NCBI RefSeq assembly: GCF_964194155.1
Contig: NC_135891.1
Coordinates: 61,876,001 to 61,940,000, forward strand
Reading direction: 5' to 3'
Source of the DNA: Cetorhinus maximus
Lineage: Eukaryota
DNA length: 64,000 nucleotides
Positions 11,499 through 24,865 of the stretch are shown here, piece after piece (position 1 is the first letter of the stretch; each line of letters opens with the position of its first letter). The notes under the pieces are model-generated. The model did no database searches and had not been told where the DNA came from. It saw only the letters and a list, made by a program, of their open reading frames with translations. The position numbers and the translations under genes were made by a program.

Positions 11499-13350
11499 AT
11501 GGCATCTGGACCTGCAGCCAATGCCAGGCAGGATGGAAATGCCCGTAGCCAGTCTGTCCCCGGTCTCCAGATGACTGCCTGCGGGTTCGTCTGGAGGCAG
11601 TGAGTGCCCGCAGTGAGATTTTGCTGCCATGGGACGGTAAGTGGAGGCCACCTCACCTAACCAAGAAGGCCTGGACGGAGGTGGCAGCCCAGGTAAGCAG
11701 ACACGATGTTGTTCGCTGGACATGGATCCCGTGCAGATAAAGGTTCAATGATCTTCTGTGCTCTGCCATGGTGAGTACTGACTCCATTTGGAACTGTGGA
11801 TAGATGTTTTTGTGGGTGGCAGGACTTGTTGGTGCTCACGGGTGTGAAATGCAGAGCCTAAAATGGCACATATCCCTCTGCCTTGAAAGACTAAATAATT
11901 AGACCAGATAGCTGGTATGTATGTAAGGGTGAAGTGGGGCAAAGTGGTGGCACCTGAACCTATGTCTCTGAGGGGGAGGTTGGTATATTCTGGGGGGGCT
12001 CATGAAAGCACTTTTGTCCTTACAGGAGAAGAGGAGTCATAATGCACAGGAGCGAGGACGAATGGGTGGTAGAGTGCCAAACTTCCTTATTTTAACTCCA
12101 ATGGAGGAGGAAGATCTGGAGACGGCATGCGAATGTGAAGCCAGGTCCACTGGTCACGGAGAGGGGGTCTTGGAGGAGGGGAAGAGTCCAGATGACAGCG
12201 GAGAGGCCGGGGGAGAGTACAAGAGACATAAGGCAGTGGCTGTTAGACTGAGATGGGAAAACCAATTGTTCCAGTTGCTCATCCATTCGGAATGCCCTTC
12301 TAAGGCATATGTCCATTATGAGGAGCAACCAGAGTGCATGCACTGTGACTTCACGACTGACATTCTCTCTTCCTCCCTCAGATGCCCCATCCTCATGTGG
12401 CCACAGAGACCCCGAGAACCCTCCCTTGACCCTTGAGGAGGAGCAGATACTAGATGAACTTGCATCACATCCTGCCTCTGCACCAAGCACCAGCCCTGAT
12501 GCAGGCATGTCGGTGGGCATTGGATCAGATGGTCATGCACAATGGTGAAGGCACGTCGCACTCACATGAGGAGCTGGCGGAGGCTGAGAGTATCCGGAGC
12601 ACTGGCAGTCGGAGGATTGCTGGAGACCAAGACAATGCTGAGTCCGAGGCAGATGATGAGCCTCTGGAGTCCTCCAACAGGTGGCAGATGCTGGATGTCC
12701 AGCGGGATGTGCAGAAGGATCTGGCGGAGATCCCTGAGAGTCTGCGTGCCATGGTCTCTGTTATAGAGGGGTCCATGCGGAGCGTGAGTACTGCGTTGAC
12801 CCAGAGCTCCGAGCGCACAGCCTCAGAGGGAGTGGTGACTCTGATGGAGAGGCAGCTCCAGGAACTCAATCAGGGGTTTCTGGGGTTGCGTTCAGACCTG
12901 CAAGCCCACACACTGGCAGTGACCTCAGCTGGGCACTGCCAGTGTGAGAGGTGGATGAGGCACCTAGTAACACTGCTAGCTGCCCGTCCATCGATGGTGA
13001 GCAGTGATTTTCAAACCAGCCTCATGCTGGTGGACACCCTGCAGCTCATACCTGCAGGATCCTCTCAGGGCGATGTGAATGGTGGCAGCAGCTCCTCCGC
13101 CCCTCTGCCAGTGACTGTCACATCTGATGGCACCATGATGACTGAGGAGTGCCCAGCCTTGGCACTGGACTCTACCACTCAGGCAGGGCCTGCACAAGCT
13201 CCGGCAACCAGAGAACAGCCACCAAGGTCATCAAGGCCGACAGGGCCTCAGAGTCAGCAGGCTGCCTCCAATCCAGCTGCCAATGTGGAGGGCAAGTGGG
13301 GTGGGGGCACCAATACGTAGCATTCGCAAACGGAAGTTTAAGTCACTTTA
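11499..13350 (+). pseudogene. Harbinger Myb/SANT (trihelix) protein gene, 3 exons (~11499-11770, 12026-~12179, 12382-~13350)
   Basis: PRFSDDCLRV.LEAV...WTEVAAQV...RFNDL; donor atg|gtgagt; acceptors ttacag| and cctcag|; EKRSHNAQER...GG; coiled coil; basic C-terminus RKRKFK. Stops and frameshifts present. Confidence 0.85.
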
Positions 13351-13599
13351 TCACAAAAGGGTTGTCATGAGTGGTTTGTGTTTTGTTGGCGCGTGTGCAC
13401 TGGTTAATTTGTACATTTGGCTTCATTATAAAAATTCCTCATGTGCAATGACATTCGTATGCCTCATGCATACAATAGGGAATAGGCCTGGGAGTTGCAT
13501 GTGACACAGAGGGAGGGCTGAAAGCTTTATTTCAGAGGTTGGACCTTGACTTAAGGGTGACAGGATTGCCTTATCAGGAGAGGTGCCGTTTCCCATGCC

Positions 13600-14744
13600 A
13601 TCGCCTTACTCCAGGATTTTGATGCCTCGCTGAATGTCCTCTGAATCAAGTCTCCTCTGGCTCCTCCTCACACCCAGCACTTGAGTCGTCCTCTGCAGCC
13701 TGTGGAGCAGGATTGCTGTCTTCATCCTCCAATGGGTCCCCCTTTGACAGAGCCAGATTGTACAGTGTGCAGCAGACAACAACAATAAGGGAGATATGCT
13801 CAGGAGAATAGTGAAGTGACCCCCTGAGCGTTCCAGGCAGCGGAACTTCATCTTGAGTCAGTCTAATGTCCTTTCAATCACTGTCCTTGTGGAGGCATGA
13901 CTACGATTATAGTTCTTCTTGGCTTCTGCCCTTGGGCATCTCAGTGGGGTCATGAGCCACCTTTTCCCCCAGGATCCAACCATCCAAGCGAGCTGGAGCA
14001 ATGTAGAGCCTTGATGTAAGTGATGGGGGATGTAGGCATCATGGCAGCTTCCTGGATGCCTGGCACAGACCTGCAATATCTGACTGTTGTGGCCACACAT
14101 AATTGTCACGTTTAGGGAGTGGATCCTCTTTCTATTGGTGAAGGCACCCAGCTCCGCTGCTGGCACCTTTATTGGCACATACGTACAGTCAATGAGTCCC
14201 TGGATGTGGGGAAATCCGGCAACTGCAGCGAAGCCTCTGGCTCACTCAGCCTGGCTGGCTTCGTCGATCTAGAAGTGAATGAAGGTGCTGACCCTTCGGA
14301 ACAGAGTGTCAGTGACCAGCTTGATGCAGCTGTGGGCAGCGATTGAGAGACACCACATAGATCTCCCACTGACTCCTGGAAAAAACCTGAGGTGTTAAAG
14401 TTCAGGGCCACTGTCACCTTAAGAGCCACTGGCGTAGGGTGGCTACATACACAGTTGGAGGCCATTTCTGGACCAATAATCTCCCTGGAGAGGCGGAGCC
14501 TTCTTCGGCACTGAACCTCAGTCATGTCCAGGCAGCAGGAACACTGCCTGTAGACTCAGTCTGCTGGATAATGGCACCTTCTCCGGGCCCTTCTGCCTTG
14601 CATTTCCTGCATCCCTTCTGGCTGTGCCTCCCCATCCATGGGTCCCACTCTGGGACGCTGCCTGTGGGCAACTGGCCTCCTCTGTCTTCTGGCCCTCTCC
14701 TCCTCTGAGGAGGAGGTCCCTCCAGCAGAGTAGACAATCCCCAT
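13600..14744 (-). pseudogene. Harbinger (HARBI1-like) DDE transposase
   Basis: VALKVTVALNF..SG.FQ, QGLIDCTYV, NRK..HSLNV, CARHPGSCHDAYI, YNRSHASTRTVIERT, KMKFRCL. Frameshifted. Confidence 0.92.
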
Positions 14745-16164
14745 TTTTTTACAGATAATTGCGCAGGATTGTGCCCTCCAGGGGCCTCTAGGCAGAAAGC
14801 CTCTGCAAATGGTGGGAAATCAAAGAGCTCCCCAGAACACCAAAAAATTGAGAGAAACTATCTGTAAACCAGCTCCAACCAACTCACATCAAATCTCCTA
14901 CCTACCCACTCGCCTTACCAAGATCCTGTAAGCTTCTTATCTCACCCTGGATATAGAAGTCACGAAAAACGTGAAGGACACCTGGCCGAGCGGTCTGTGC
15001 ACCAACTGTAAAAGTGCACAGGCCACTCAGAATTGGAGGCAATTGCTGTTTAAATGGCTTTAATTGGCCCTTTGTCAGTGGGCACGCTTGTGACTTCTGC
15101 ACACACCCGCTGACTGAAATATCGCAAAGCGGCAAGATGACGTTGGGACACCCTCCCGACATTACTAAGCCCCATTTCGCGAAGGATCGGGATCACCCTA
15201 CACCCGCAAAATTCAGGCCAAGGTTTTTAGCTAAAAGTGACAACAGCCCACCTTTCTACTCACTTTTGTATCTGCCAGTTGCTGAGTTTCAGCATTGGTA
15301 GTTTAAAACGCTGAAGAAAGCTCCCTCCACCACCAGGAGAATAGGGAAAACATTAAACCAAGATTGCATGCCCTTCACAAGCACTGCCAAGCAACTCAAC
15401 ACTGCTGCATTGATACGCGGCCAGCAATGAAATTGCTTAGCAGACCCTTACAGATTAAACTTGGCACTCTGCCAAGCAGGACAGAGATCTTGACAACTAA
15501 AGAAATGAAAAGGTTTTCTTAGGTAGGCAAGAATGTCAAAGAACTTTGTTTTTCTAAAAGTTTGCTTGTATAGAATATGCAACCGCACAACAAGCACTTA
15601 ACAATCTCTCACCCTCAACACTATCAAGCCGTTCTGGAGAAAAGAGACAACAAAGATTACTGACCAGAGAGGAGAGAACATGACAGCCTTTCTCATTTCA
15701 TGCTGCTAGATATAGACCCTTTCCCTGACCCCATCAATTACCTTTGCAGAACAATGAGAGCTAATTATATATCTTGGGTTGAAAACCAACATAACTGCAA
15801 GATCAATGCAGCTCAAGAAAGTTTTGTAATGAGATTTTGGAGCAAGGTGCTTGGAGACTCCCTGGCTTTGGTCGATGGATCTGGATCCTTTCTCATATAA
15901 CTTCGGTTTAATAAGGGTTGGATTCTCCTGAGCCAGCCCCAGGACAATTGTTGCAGGACATTCGCCCACCACTCCTACCTCACCATGACTCAAGCCCCAT
16001 TCTCCTCTCTTGGGCCTCATTAGGGCAGTCTCCCGGTGAGATCTCTGCCACCAAGAGGGAGCCTGCTGCTGCTGGGCAAATGATGCAGCCATGCCACTTC
16101 TGCAGCACCAGAAGACGAGAGTGAATTTGAAAGGATAGAAGGGCTACATTTATCATTCAACGTT

Positions 16165-16392
16165 GCTTTTAGCTGCCTGGCCTCCTAAGCTTTGGAATTC
16201 CCTCCCTAAATTTTTCTGCCTCTCTACCTCTCTACTCCTCCTTTAGCACGCTTCTTAAAATCTACCTCTTTGACCCTGTCCTAAAGGTTCCAAGTGCAGC
16301 TTGGTGGCAAATTTTGTTTCATAGCGCTCCTTGAAGCATTTTGGGATGTTCTACAATGTTACAGGTGCTTTATAAATGCAAGTTGTTGTTGT
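16165..16392 (+). mobile_element. L2 LINE 3' end
   Basis: LWNSLP-like tggaattccctccctaa; tail gctttataaatgcaagttgttgttgtt. Confidence 0.8.
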
Positions 16393-17109
16393 TAACAATA
16401 AGGCTCAGACTGAGCTGAGAGCTAACCAAGGTAGGGTGTTGAGGCCCAACTACTGTGCCCTCTCTCTGGAATAGGGGCAAGAACAGGTCTTCTTCCACAG
16501 GAAGCATTGCCGGCCTCTCCTGGCAGTCCCTGGGTGAGGTAGGGTCAGCGTAAGACAGGGATATGGGGTGATTTGCGATGCTTCACCTCTCCTTTGTCGT
16601 TAGGAAGCAGCAGGATGGTGAGATGGAGCAGCTGGCCAGTGGTCTTCTCAGTGGGAATGAGGGTGGGGGGGTTGGGAGAGGGAATTAGAGGTTGGGTGGG
16701 ATATGCAATGTTAGTCCTCGCCCATTTTCTCACAGTTTTTACAGTTATACCACCACTTAGAGACATCAAAGATATTTAAGAATGTCTTGCAATTATTATA
16801 TTCTGTTTAATTGTTACAAGGGCAACCTACAAGCTTTGCTTAATTAACCAGATAAAACAGGCTGAAACCAGTTATAGAAAGAGTATGGAAAATACATTCT
16901 GTGATGTCTTTATTAAGAAGCCTCTAAAAGTCACAGGCATATACATAACATAGTCAAATAAAGAACCCAGCAAAATTACTATACTTATATTGTCAGTCTT
17001 ATGCTGTTTTCAGCCCTTAACTGTGTTTGCTTCATCTGAAACAAGCAAATGGGCCCGGAGTCCAGGGGTACATGTTTTAGCTTCAATTGTGCAATTTTTA
17101 ATTCTTTAT

Positions 17110-17520
17110 GAAGAAAGAATTGCATTTATATAGCAATAGTCACAATTTCAGAACACCCTAAAGTGTTTCACAGGAAATTAAGTATTTTTGAAGTGTGGTC
17201 ATTGATCTAATGTAATGTAAACGCAGCTGCCTTCTTACACACAGCAAGGTCCCACAAACAACAATAAGATAAAAAGTACTGTATAATCTGTTTTAGCGAT
17301 GTTGGTTGAGGGATAAATATTGGCCACAATTTCCCTGCTCTTCTTTGAATAGTGCCATAGGATCTTTTATGTCCACTTGAGAGTTTACACCTCACCAAAC
17401 AGATGACATCTCTGACAGTGCAACACTCCCCTAGAGTGTCAACCTAGGTTATATGCCGAAGTCTCCCGTGTGGATCTTGAACTCACAATCTTTGAACTCA
17501 GAGGTGAAGAGTGCTGCCCT
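17110..17520 (-). mobile_element. Deu-domain SINE
   Basis: ttgcatttatatagc tail; ctcttctttgaatagtgccataggatctttt. Confidence 0.8.
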
Positions 17521-17939
17521 GAGTCTTGGTTGGTCCTGGCAATACAGCAGGGTCATAATATCCTCCTCCTTGTGAAATCCCCAAGAAGTTATATGTATGT
17601 GTGTTGAGGGGGGCGTGGGGTGGGGGGGGGGGGGGGGGGGGGGCTTATGATGTTAATTATGTGTCATTTACATAATATTTAGATGCTCCTGTCTGCATGC
17701 TCTCCCTGAAGTGCTGGGAATAGGCACATGGCAAACATTCAGCAAGGAATTAATCCCATAATGTTGCACTGCTAATGAAAACCACACGTGTGTTTTTGCA
17801 TTGCAATCCTATGGAACATAAATCATGCTGTTTTGCTGAATTCTCTGAGTTTCTAAACAGTGTAACACTGGAAAAAGGGTAATTAACACAAAAAATGTCA
17901 ACAACACAACAACTGCATTCTCCATTTTTTAAGATGTTG

Positions 17940-18215
17940 CCCCTAGTTTCCCTAAAAAGATGGTGCTGAGCCTTCTCCTTGACCCACTGCTCGTATCGAT
18001 GATGTTTGGTGGGAATTCCAAGATTTTGACCCAGCAGCAATGAAAGAACGATAGTACCTGGTCAAATCAAGGTGCTGTGTGACTTGGAGTTGTTTCCATT
18101 AATGTTACTGCTCTTGTCCTTCTCGGTAATAGAGGTTGCAGATGTTGCAATTATCTGTTAAACATCCCTTATTGAATTACTGAGTTGCATAACGTAGATG
18201 ATACGCACTATGGTG
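17940..18215 (-). mobile_element. second CR1-like LINE family, 3' fragment
   Basis: gggaattccaagattttgacccagc and ctgctcttgtccttct match 56426-56730 in reverse. Confidence 0.65.
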
Positions 18216-18478
18216 CTTTCAAATACTATGGGCAGAATCATCGCAGATTTCCGGGCGGGTAAAACGACGCTTTACCTGCCGGCTGCAATGGCAGCTTTTC
18301 ACGCCGTATCGCACATTATTTATGCACTCGCAGGAAACATACCTTTTCCATGGCTGGCGGGGTCTCATTTGCCCACTCACCATCACTTTGCCACTGCATC
18401 ATGCCGGGCACCATATTTAAAGCCCAGCTGCAAGCACATATCTCAATGCTTCCAGGCCAACCCTGCTGCAAGGAAGGC

Positions 18479-20182
18479 CTGGCCCCGAAAATGAAGAAGA
18501 GTGCAGCCCCCAGGTTCAGCGACGCCTCCGTCAAAATCTTGGAATTCCCGCCTTTTGGGTGCCGTGGGGGCCCGCCGGGATGTCCTCTACCCCAACTCTG
18601 GCCGCAGGACGGGCAACAACAGCACTAACCTGGCTTGGGAGGCAATGGCAGCAGTGGTCAACGCCAACGCCCTTCAAAAGAGGACAGCCACCCAGTGCTG
18701 AAAGAGGATGAATGATTTCTTCCGTTCTGCCAGGGTAAGTCACTCTTCTCATCACTCAACTCACACACTCACAAACCCATCACACACCCCTCACTCACTG
18801 CCAGTTCACCCTGCACTCTCTCTCACACACCTTCAATGTCCTCATCCATGGGACCACTCACCACCCACACAGGCCAGGCATACTTATCATCTGGCCTGGC
18901 AGGCATCCTGCTTACACTCGCTCCATCTCTACTCATGCAGGACAAGCTGGCACACAACAGGAGAGAGAGGTCGCAGATCGGTGGAAGAATGCCTGAAATC
19001 AAGGTCCTCACGGACTTTGAAAACAGAGCCATCCAGTTGGCCGGCGACAATCGGGACTGTTCCTGTGCTGAAGGTGAGATCAGCGCTGCTCTACCAAGTA
19101 AGGATCCAGCAATGCAACACCCTTCAGACAACCATGCTGTGAGTGATGTGTCCTGTTTCACAGGCCACTGCCATACACTAATTACCTCTCCTTTCTTCCG
19201 CAGGCACATCTGGGAAACAGCCGGCAGAGTACATGGCCCTGGGCCTCCAGTCAAGCCCTGAAGAAACCTCAAAGAGGAATCTGAAGGCACTCTCACTGAA
19301 ATCCTGTCATAGTGCTCACCCACACCCTCCACCAGTGCAGAGACACACACCTCGGTGGGACCTAGCTTTAGAGTAGCCTCGGGATCACAATCTGGTGAGC
19401 ACATTGCACTATCTGATCCACAGTAGGCGGAGGCAGGGACTGCCCAGGAGTACGGCACTCAGAGGATTGCTGAGGGCCAGAAATTTGCTGAGTCCGAGTC
19501 AGATGACGAGCCTCTGGACTCGGCCATGTCACAGTTGCTAGAGCTACAAATGAAGGCTCGGGGACGCCAGGAAGGGATGTCCGCTGCACTCCTCAGATTG
19601 CAAGGCACAATGGAGGAGTCCGTCCGCCTTCACTCTGAGGTGATAACATCGGCATGCCAATGCACCAAGGTCAACATTGGCAGGATGATGGTCACCATGG
19701 AGATCTTGGCCCAGGACGTTGCTCCTGCACTGCTGCGTGGGCTGAACTCCATCGCTGATGCCATTGTTGGCCTCCAACACTGTGTAAGTGAGAGGGGTGC
19801 GGGGCAGCTCGATCTCACTCCAGCTACCCCTTGTGCTCAAAGAGCCAGCCTGGGGCCCTCAGGCACCCGTAGGGATGAGGATCAGGAGGTGCACAATCCA
19901 GGGCCATCCATCCAGGTGACTCTGGGAGTGACCAGCCCATCTGAATTCCCTCTTCCAGTGACCTCCACAGCTCCAGCTCCACAGGCCGAGGAGGGTGCCA
20001 CTGCCACACAGCAGGACCACGAAAGCAGGCCAGAGCCCACCGAGTTTCAGCCCTTCAGAGGACACCCGCCAAGGTCATCACAGACAGGGCACTGCAGTCA
20101 GCAGGCTGCCTCCACCTGCATTGTGGATGTCTGGCGAGCACCAAGACGTAGCAGCAGGATTAGGAAATTTAAGGAGTGTTAG
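18479..20182 (+). pseudogene. Harbinger Myb/SANT protein gene, 3 exons (18479-18734, 18941-19097, 19204-20182)
   Basis: APRFSDAS...AV.ARRDVLYP...AWEAMAAVVNANALQKRTATQC*KRMND; splice sites agg|gtaagt, tgcag|, aa|gtaagg, cgcag|; DKLAHNRRERSQIGG. Start reads CTG where the sibling at 59344 has ATG. Confidence 0.9.
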
Positions 20183-20907
20183 TTGCACAGCCTGGGTACG
20201 GGTGTTAATCACTTGCACATAATGTTCATTTTTGTCAATAAACTCCTAAGAATGTCTCCCTGCCTATGGCTCCTTGTTCTGATGAGCAGTGTTTGTGCCA
20301 CTCAGATGTGAAACCTTTCTGCACAAGTTAAAAGGCAGGTGTCTCAGTCCAAGGCCCCTTCCCTGTGCTCTGTGCAGCTTTCATACCACAGTGATGGTCC
20401 AGCCTCACATTCCCTGGAAACATTACTGATGCCTGCACCTCGGCAGTGCTGGTCATTGATGCCAGAATGTAGTGGGCAGGCGTCACAGAGTTCTCTCATT
20501 CTCTGTGTGTTCTCAGCGCCTTTAAGGTGGGGCTGGCCCCCATCTCTTCAGTATCTGTGACCATTGATGCTGTGCTCCTGAAGGGCTCAGGTGCTGAATG
20601 TGGACAAAGGATCAGGTGCTTCCAAAGTTTCATGGCTGCATCTCTATGATATGACCCTGATGACAGAGTGTAAGTGAGCTGCCCTCGGCCAGACAGGAGT
20701 CAGACATTCTCAGAGGTTATGTGAAGATAATGGAGTGTCCTCACTGCATGTCATCATCATCATCCTGTGTTCGAGCGACTATTAGGGCCTTAGGGCCTCC
20801 ACTGCATCTCCATGATAGGAGCATTCTCACAGAGGGTATTGGTGCTGCCATAAGCCAGACTGGAGTCAACCATTCACAAATGCAATGTGAGGATCTACGG
20901 GGACACC

Positions 20908-22113
20908 TCATTGCATATCATCATCATCCTCGAAAAATCTAGCAGCTGTGAGGGCCTCCTGAGCGTGCCTGTGTGAGGGCCTCATCCCTGTCATCATCGC
21001 ATCTGAGGACCTCCTCACCCTCAACCCCTTCAGCATCATCCTCATTGGAGGAGACCTCCAGCACCCCCATCTCCTCCTCAGCCCACTCCTCTCCCCATTG
21101 CAGCACCAGGTTGTAAAGGCTACAGCAGACGACGATGATGCGTGACCCCCTCTGTGGACTGTATTGCAGGGCTCCACCAGACCAGTCTAGGCACTGGAAC
21201 ATCATCTTCAACATCCCGATGGTCTGCTCCACCAAGTTGCGAGCTGCTGCATGAGCTTCATTATAGCGTCGCTCTGCTGCAGTCTGAGGCCACCTGCCAT
21301 CAGCCACGGCCTCTTGTCCCCAAGAAGCCAACTCTGCAGCTTCTATGGACCCTGGAAGACTTCAGGGATCTGTGGCCAATTGAGGATGTAGGAGTTGTGC
21401 ACACTCCCTGGAAACCATGCGCATACCTGCAGGATGCGTTTCTGCTGGTCACATACCAGCTGCACATTCAACAAATGGAAGTCCTTGTGGTTGATGAAGT
21501 CCACCGAGTATAGCAATGGAGACCTGAGCGCCATATGGGTGCAGTCCATCACACCCTACACCTGTGGAAATCCCAAGATCTGGGTGAATCCAATTGTTCT
21601 TGCATCCTGGCTGTCCTGGTCCCGAGCGAAATGCAGAAAGCTGTGTGCCCTTGCAAAGATGGCATCCGTGACCTCATAGATGCATTTGTGGGTGGAGGCT
21701 TGTGAGATCCCACAGAGGTCACCTGTGGAGCCTTGAAAGGAGCCACTGGCATAGAAATTGAGCGCTGTGGTCACTGGCAGTCGATGCCCTACATATCCCC
21801 GTTGCGCCAAGTCCTGCAGTAGCTGTCAGATGTGACCTACCAGTTCCCTAGACGTGCGCAGTCTTCAACGACACTGGTTCTTGGTCATCTGCAGGAATGC
21901 AAGGTGGCGTCTATAGACCTTGGGTGTCGCTAAGCGCCGACCAGTGACAGCTCGCTGTGTCTCTTGGATGGTGTGTGCAGGGGGCCCAGCTGCTACTTTT
22001 TCCTGAGGTTGCTGCTCCTGCCCCTGTGCAGCCAAGAGCCTCAGTCGCTCTCTCCTCCATCGTCTTTGCTCTCTGCAGGCCATCAGGCATACAGCTAGGT
22101 CACCAGGCTCCGT
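20908..22113 (-). pseudogene. Harbinger (HARBI1-like) DDE transposase
   Basis: ALNFYASGSFQGSTGDLCGISQ, GVMDCTH, FPGSVHNSYIL, LLGDK, YNEAHAAARNLVEQTIGMLK, acidic tail ending EDDDDMQ*. Confidence 0.93.
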
Positions 22114-23659
22114 GATCCTGATGTACTCCTCCTGCAGGATGGAAGACAGAGACACGTGGTTAGCATGAGTGTACTAAGAACCTGTCCTGGCTAAGTGTGA
22201 AGACCCATTAATGCATCTTGGAGACTGCTGGCTACCACATGGATGGAGAGATTAGTGCATCCCAGTCTACCTGACCGATTGGCGGCAGCTTTGCCCATTG
22301 AACTGCATGATGTGCTCTCAGCTCAGGCGCAGGCATTCTCCTAATCCACACTGCAAGGCTGCACTGTTAGCTTGAAACATCGGGGAGACTGGTCCAAACC
22401 GGGATGATGACATTGCAAGGGGCTTTGAGCAACTCCAGCAGTGACTGCTCCATGGCCAGCTTCAGCAAGGAGATTGTACAACGTGTGCAGTCATCAAACT
22501 GTTCTGCAGTCCACCAAAATTAATTTGCAGTCTGTGCTAGGAGGGGTGGGGTGGGTGAAAAGCTCTGGAGCACTTGGTGGCACTTTGATGCCTCTGCATT
22601 GCTTGAGTGGGCAGATAAGCTAAAAGCCCGACTCCAATCATATCAATGTGGCTGCGCATGAACTGTCTCAGTTGCAGAGGAATGGTCACTTTATACAAGT
22701 TTCCCTAATGTGTGGCCACTTCCCTCACCCACACTAGCCCCCACCCCGAATGTTCGTGCGCAATATTCAACAGCAGGCTCTTGCCACTCCCACCCCCCCA
22801 CCCACAGGTCACCTCAATGGCAGGGCTACGCTTTCCCCCAACCCCTCACAAGTTACCTCAATGGCAGGGCTACCCTTAACACCGATCCCCAGCGCCCCTC
22901 AAGCTTGAAGTCTAAAAGCGACCCTGGCGAGAGCTGCACAACATTACTGTGTAGTCACCTCCCAGTTCCCCTCAAAGTGCAGCCCATCAAGTGCACGTCG
23001 CTTCTGTGCTGACGAGAAACACATCGGCATGTTTTCCCACCAACGTGGATGGATGATTCTGGCGAGCAGGCCTGATAATGATATGTTGATGTATTACAAT
23101 GAGGTTCCCGATGTCCGATGGTGGGAACCGCAGCCCGCCATCAGGTGGCTGAGCGGACGATTGCAAATTGGTTTCACCAATATGGCACCGATCATGCCAT
23201 ATTGTCCGCTCACGCCACCTATCACGCCCGCCACCTGCAGGCTCAGAAAATTCCGCCCTATGTGTTTGTGCAACTGTTTCAGCTTTACGCTGATACTAAA
23301 CTAGTGTAAAATAGATATTAAGGTTCTATATGACTCTGAAGTGAAGCTAAATGTGGCTACCTCCTCTTGGGAGTCTTCCTTTTTATTCAGTTATCAGGAT
23401 CGAAACCCTTGAGCAGCGTCTGCATGATTTTCCAAGTTTGGACATGGCTACACACAGGGAGGGCAAAAATGGAAACGTTATTTCAGGATTTCTTTTGTTA
23501 TTTGTGCCTGCCTTCAATCCTGCACATAGGCAGCTGCTGAGGATTGCTGAAGAACAGCCCAAGAATCAAGCATGACCTTCATGCCTCGCATTGGGTGTTG
23601 CATTTGCATATTGATCCATCAGATGCTACACCAACACTTTCTCAATGCAGTCTGAATGC

Positions 23660-24005
23660 AGTCCAAGTTTCAGTTGGAAGCACTTGCCTCTGAAACAGAA
23701 CATTCCAATGAGGGTTGTCAAGGCCAACTCCAGGACTTGGCTGCATACTTCTGGGTTCATGTGTAGCACTGAGGGAGTGATTATTTTTTTAGAGTTGCTG
23801 TCCTTTGGATAACGTTAAACCAAGACCCTATCTGCCTGCTCAGGTAGATGTAAAGAATCCCATGGTGTTAATCAAAATGCAGGGAGTTCTCCTGAGGTCT
23901 GGCTGCTACATTTCAGTGCGCAATGAGTGGCTTCAAAAATAATTCACTAGCTATAAAACCCTTTGGGATGCCCTTTATAAGATGCTCTATGAATACAACT
24001 TCCTT
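23660..24005 (+). mobile_element. Deu-domain SINE
   Basis: acgttaaaccaagaccctatctgcctgctcaggtagatgtaaagaatcccatgg. Confidence 0.75.
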
Positions 24006-24484
24006 TCTTAAGCTACTTGTAGCTCCAAAGATATGCATATGGCATCCTAGCTTCATAGGTGAGCTGTTAACAATTTAGCTCGAGCTGTTAAAAAGCTTGG
24101 ATTCTGCCTTGCATTTAATTAAAGTGCAGACAAAGTCAAAGGATTCAAAGCGTTTCATTTCATTGATTGGCTGATTGATGGAGGTTTGGAATTGTGTTTG
24201 TATCTCTGTAGGCAGGTTTATGTAAAACGCCTTTGCATTGTATGAATTCCATCTGGCTCCACAATTGAAAGTTGTATTTATTTTATGCAAGTCAATCTCC
24301 TGAGGCGTGCCTCTGCTAGTCTGGGGCCTGGGTCATGCCTTCTGGATTTTACCATAAACTTATTGTAAAATCAGTCAAGTCTCGAGCCTGCTTAGAAGCC
24401 ATAAGATCATTGCAGGCCAGCCCAGCACTTACCCCCACCACATCAACTACCCCTCTGGGTAATCCCTGGGTCATTTTTTCTTCT

Positions 24485-24865
24485 TTATTATTTCACAGGA
24501 TGTGGACATCACTGGCAAGGGCAGCATTTGTTGCCCGTCCCTTATTGCCCTTGAACTGAATGGCTTGTTATGCCATTTCAGAGGGCAGTTAAGAGTCAAC
24601 CACATTGCTGTGGGTCTGGAGTCACATGTAGGTCAGACCAAGTATGGATGGCAGATTTCCTTCCCTAAAGGACATTAGTGAACCAGATGGGTTTTTACAG
24701 AGTTGTCATGGTCACTGTTGCTGACGCTAGCTTTTAATTCCGGATTTATTAATTGAATTTACATTCCACCAGATTCCTTGGTGGGATTATGAACTTACTT
24801 GCCCACAGCATTCAACTGGGCCCCCTGGATTTCCGGTCCAGCAACATTACCACTACAACATCGTC
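24485..24865 (-). mobile_element. tRNA-headed SINE with the tail of the second CR1-like family (other copies ~46480-46670 +, ~52930-53300 +, ~54722-54912 -)
   Basis: Shared core gatttccttccctaaaggacattagtgaaccagatggg; tail matches 56690-56730. Confidence 0.75.

Larger units (their letters stand above)
11171..15219. mobile_element. PIF/Harbinger transposon A, full-length, decayed
   Basis: TIRs GGCATGAATTTT / AAAATTCAGGCC with AAG on both sides. Convergent Myb/SANT gene and DDE transposase. Confidence 0.9.
18230..23258. mobile_element. PIF/Harbinger transposon B, full-length, decayed
   Basis: TIRs GGGCAGAAT / ATTCCGCCC; TAT TSD at 18227-18229 and 23259-23261; two convergent genes. Confidence 0.95.

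Noticed and set aside
12454-13320. 288-aa ORF (and 19526-20182) as host genes such as NAIF1 or MSANTD
   Set aside because: Both are exon 3 of Myb genes inside TIR/TSD-bounded transposons whose other exons carry stops or frameshifts.
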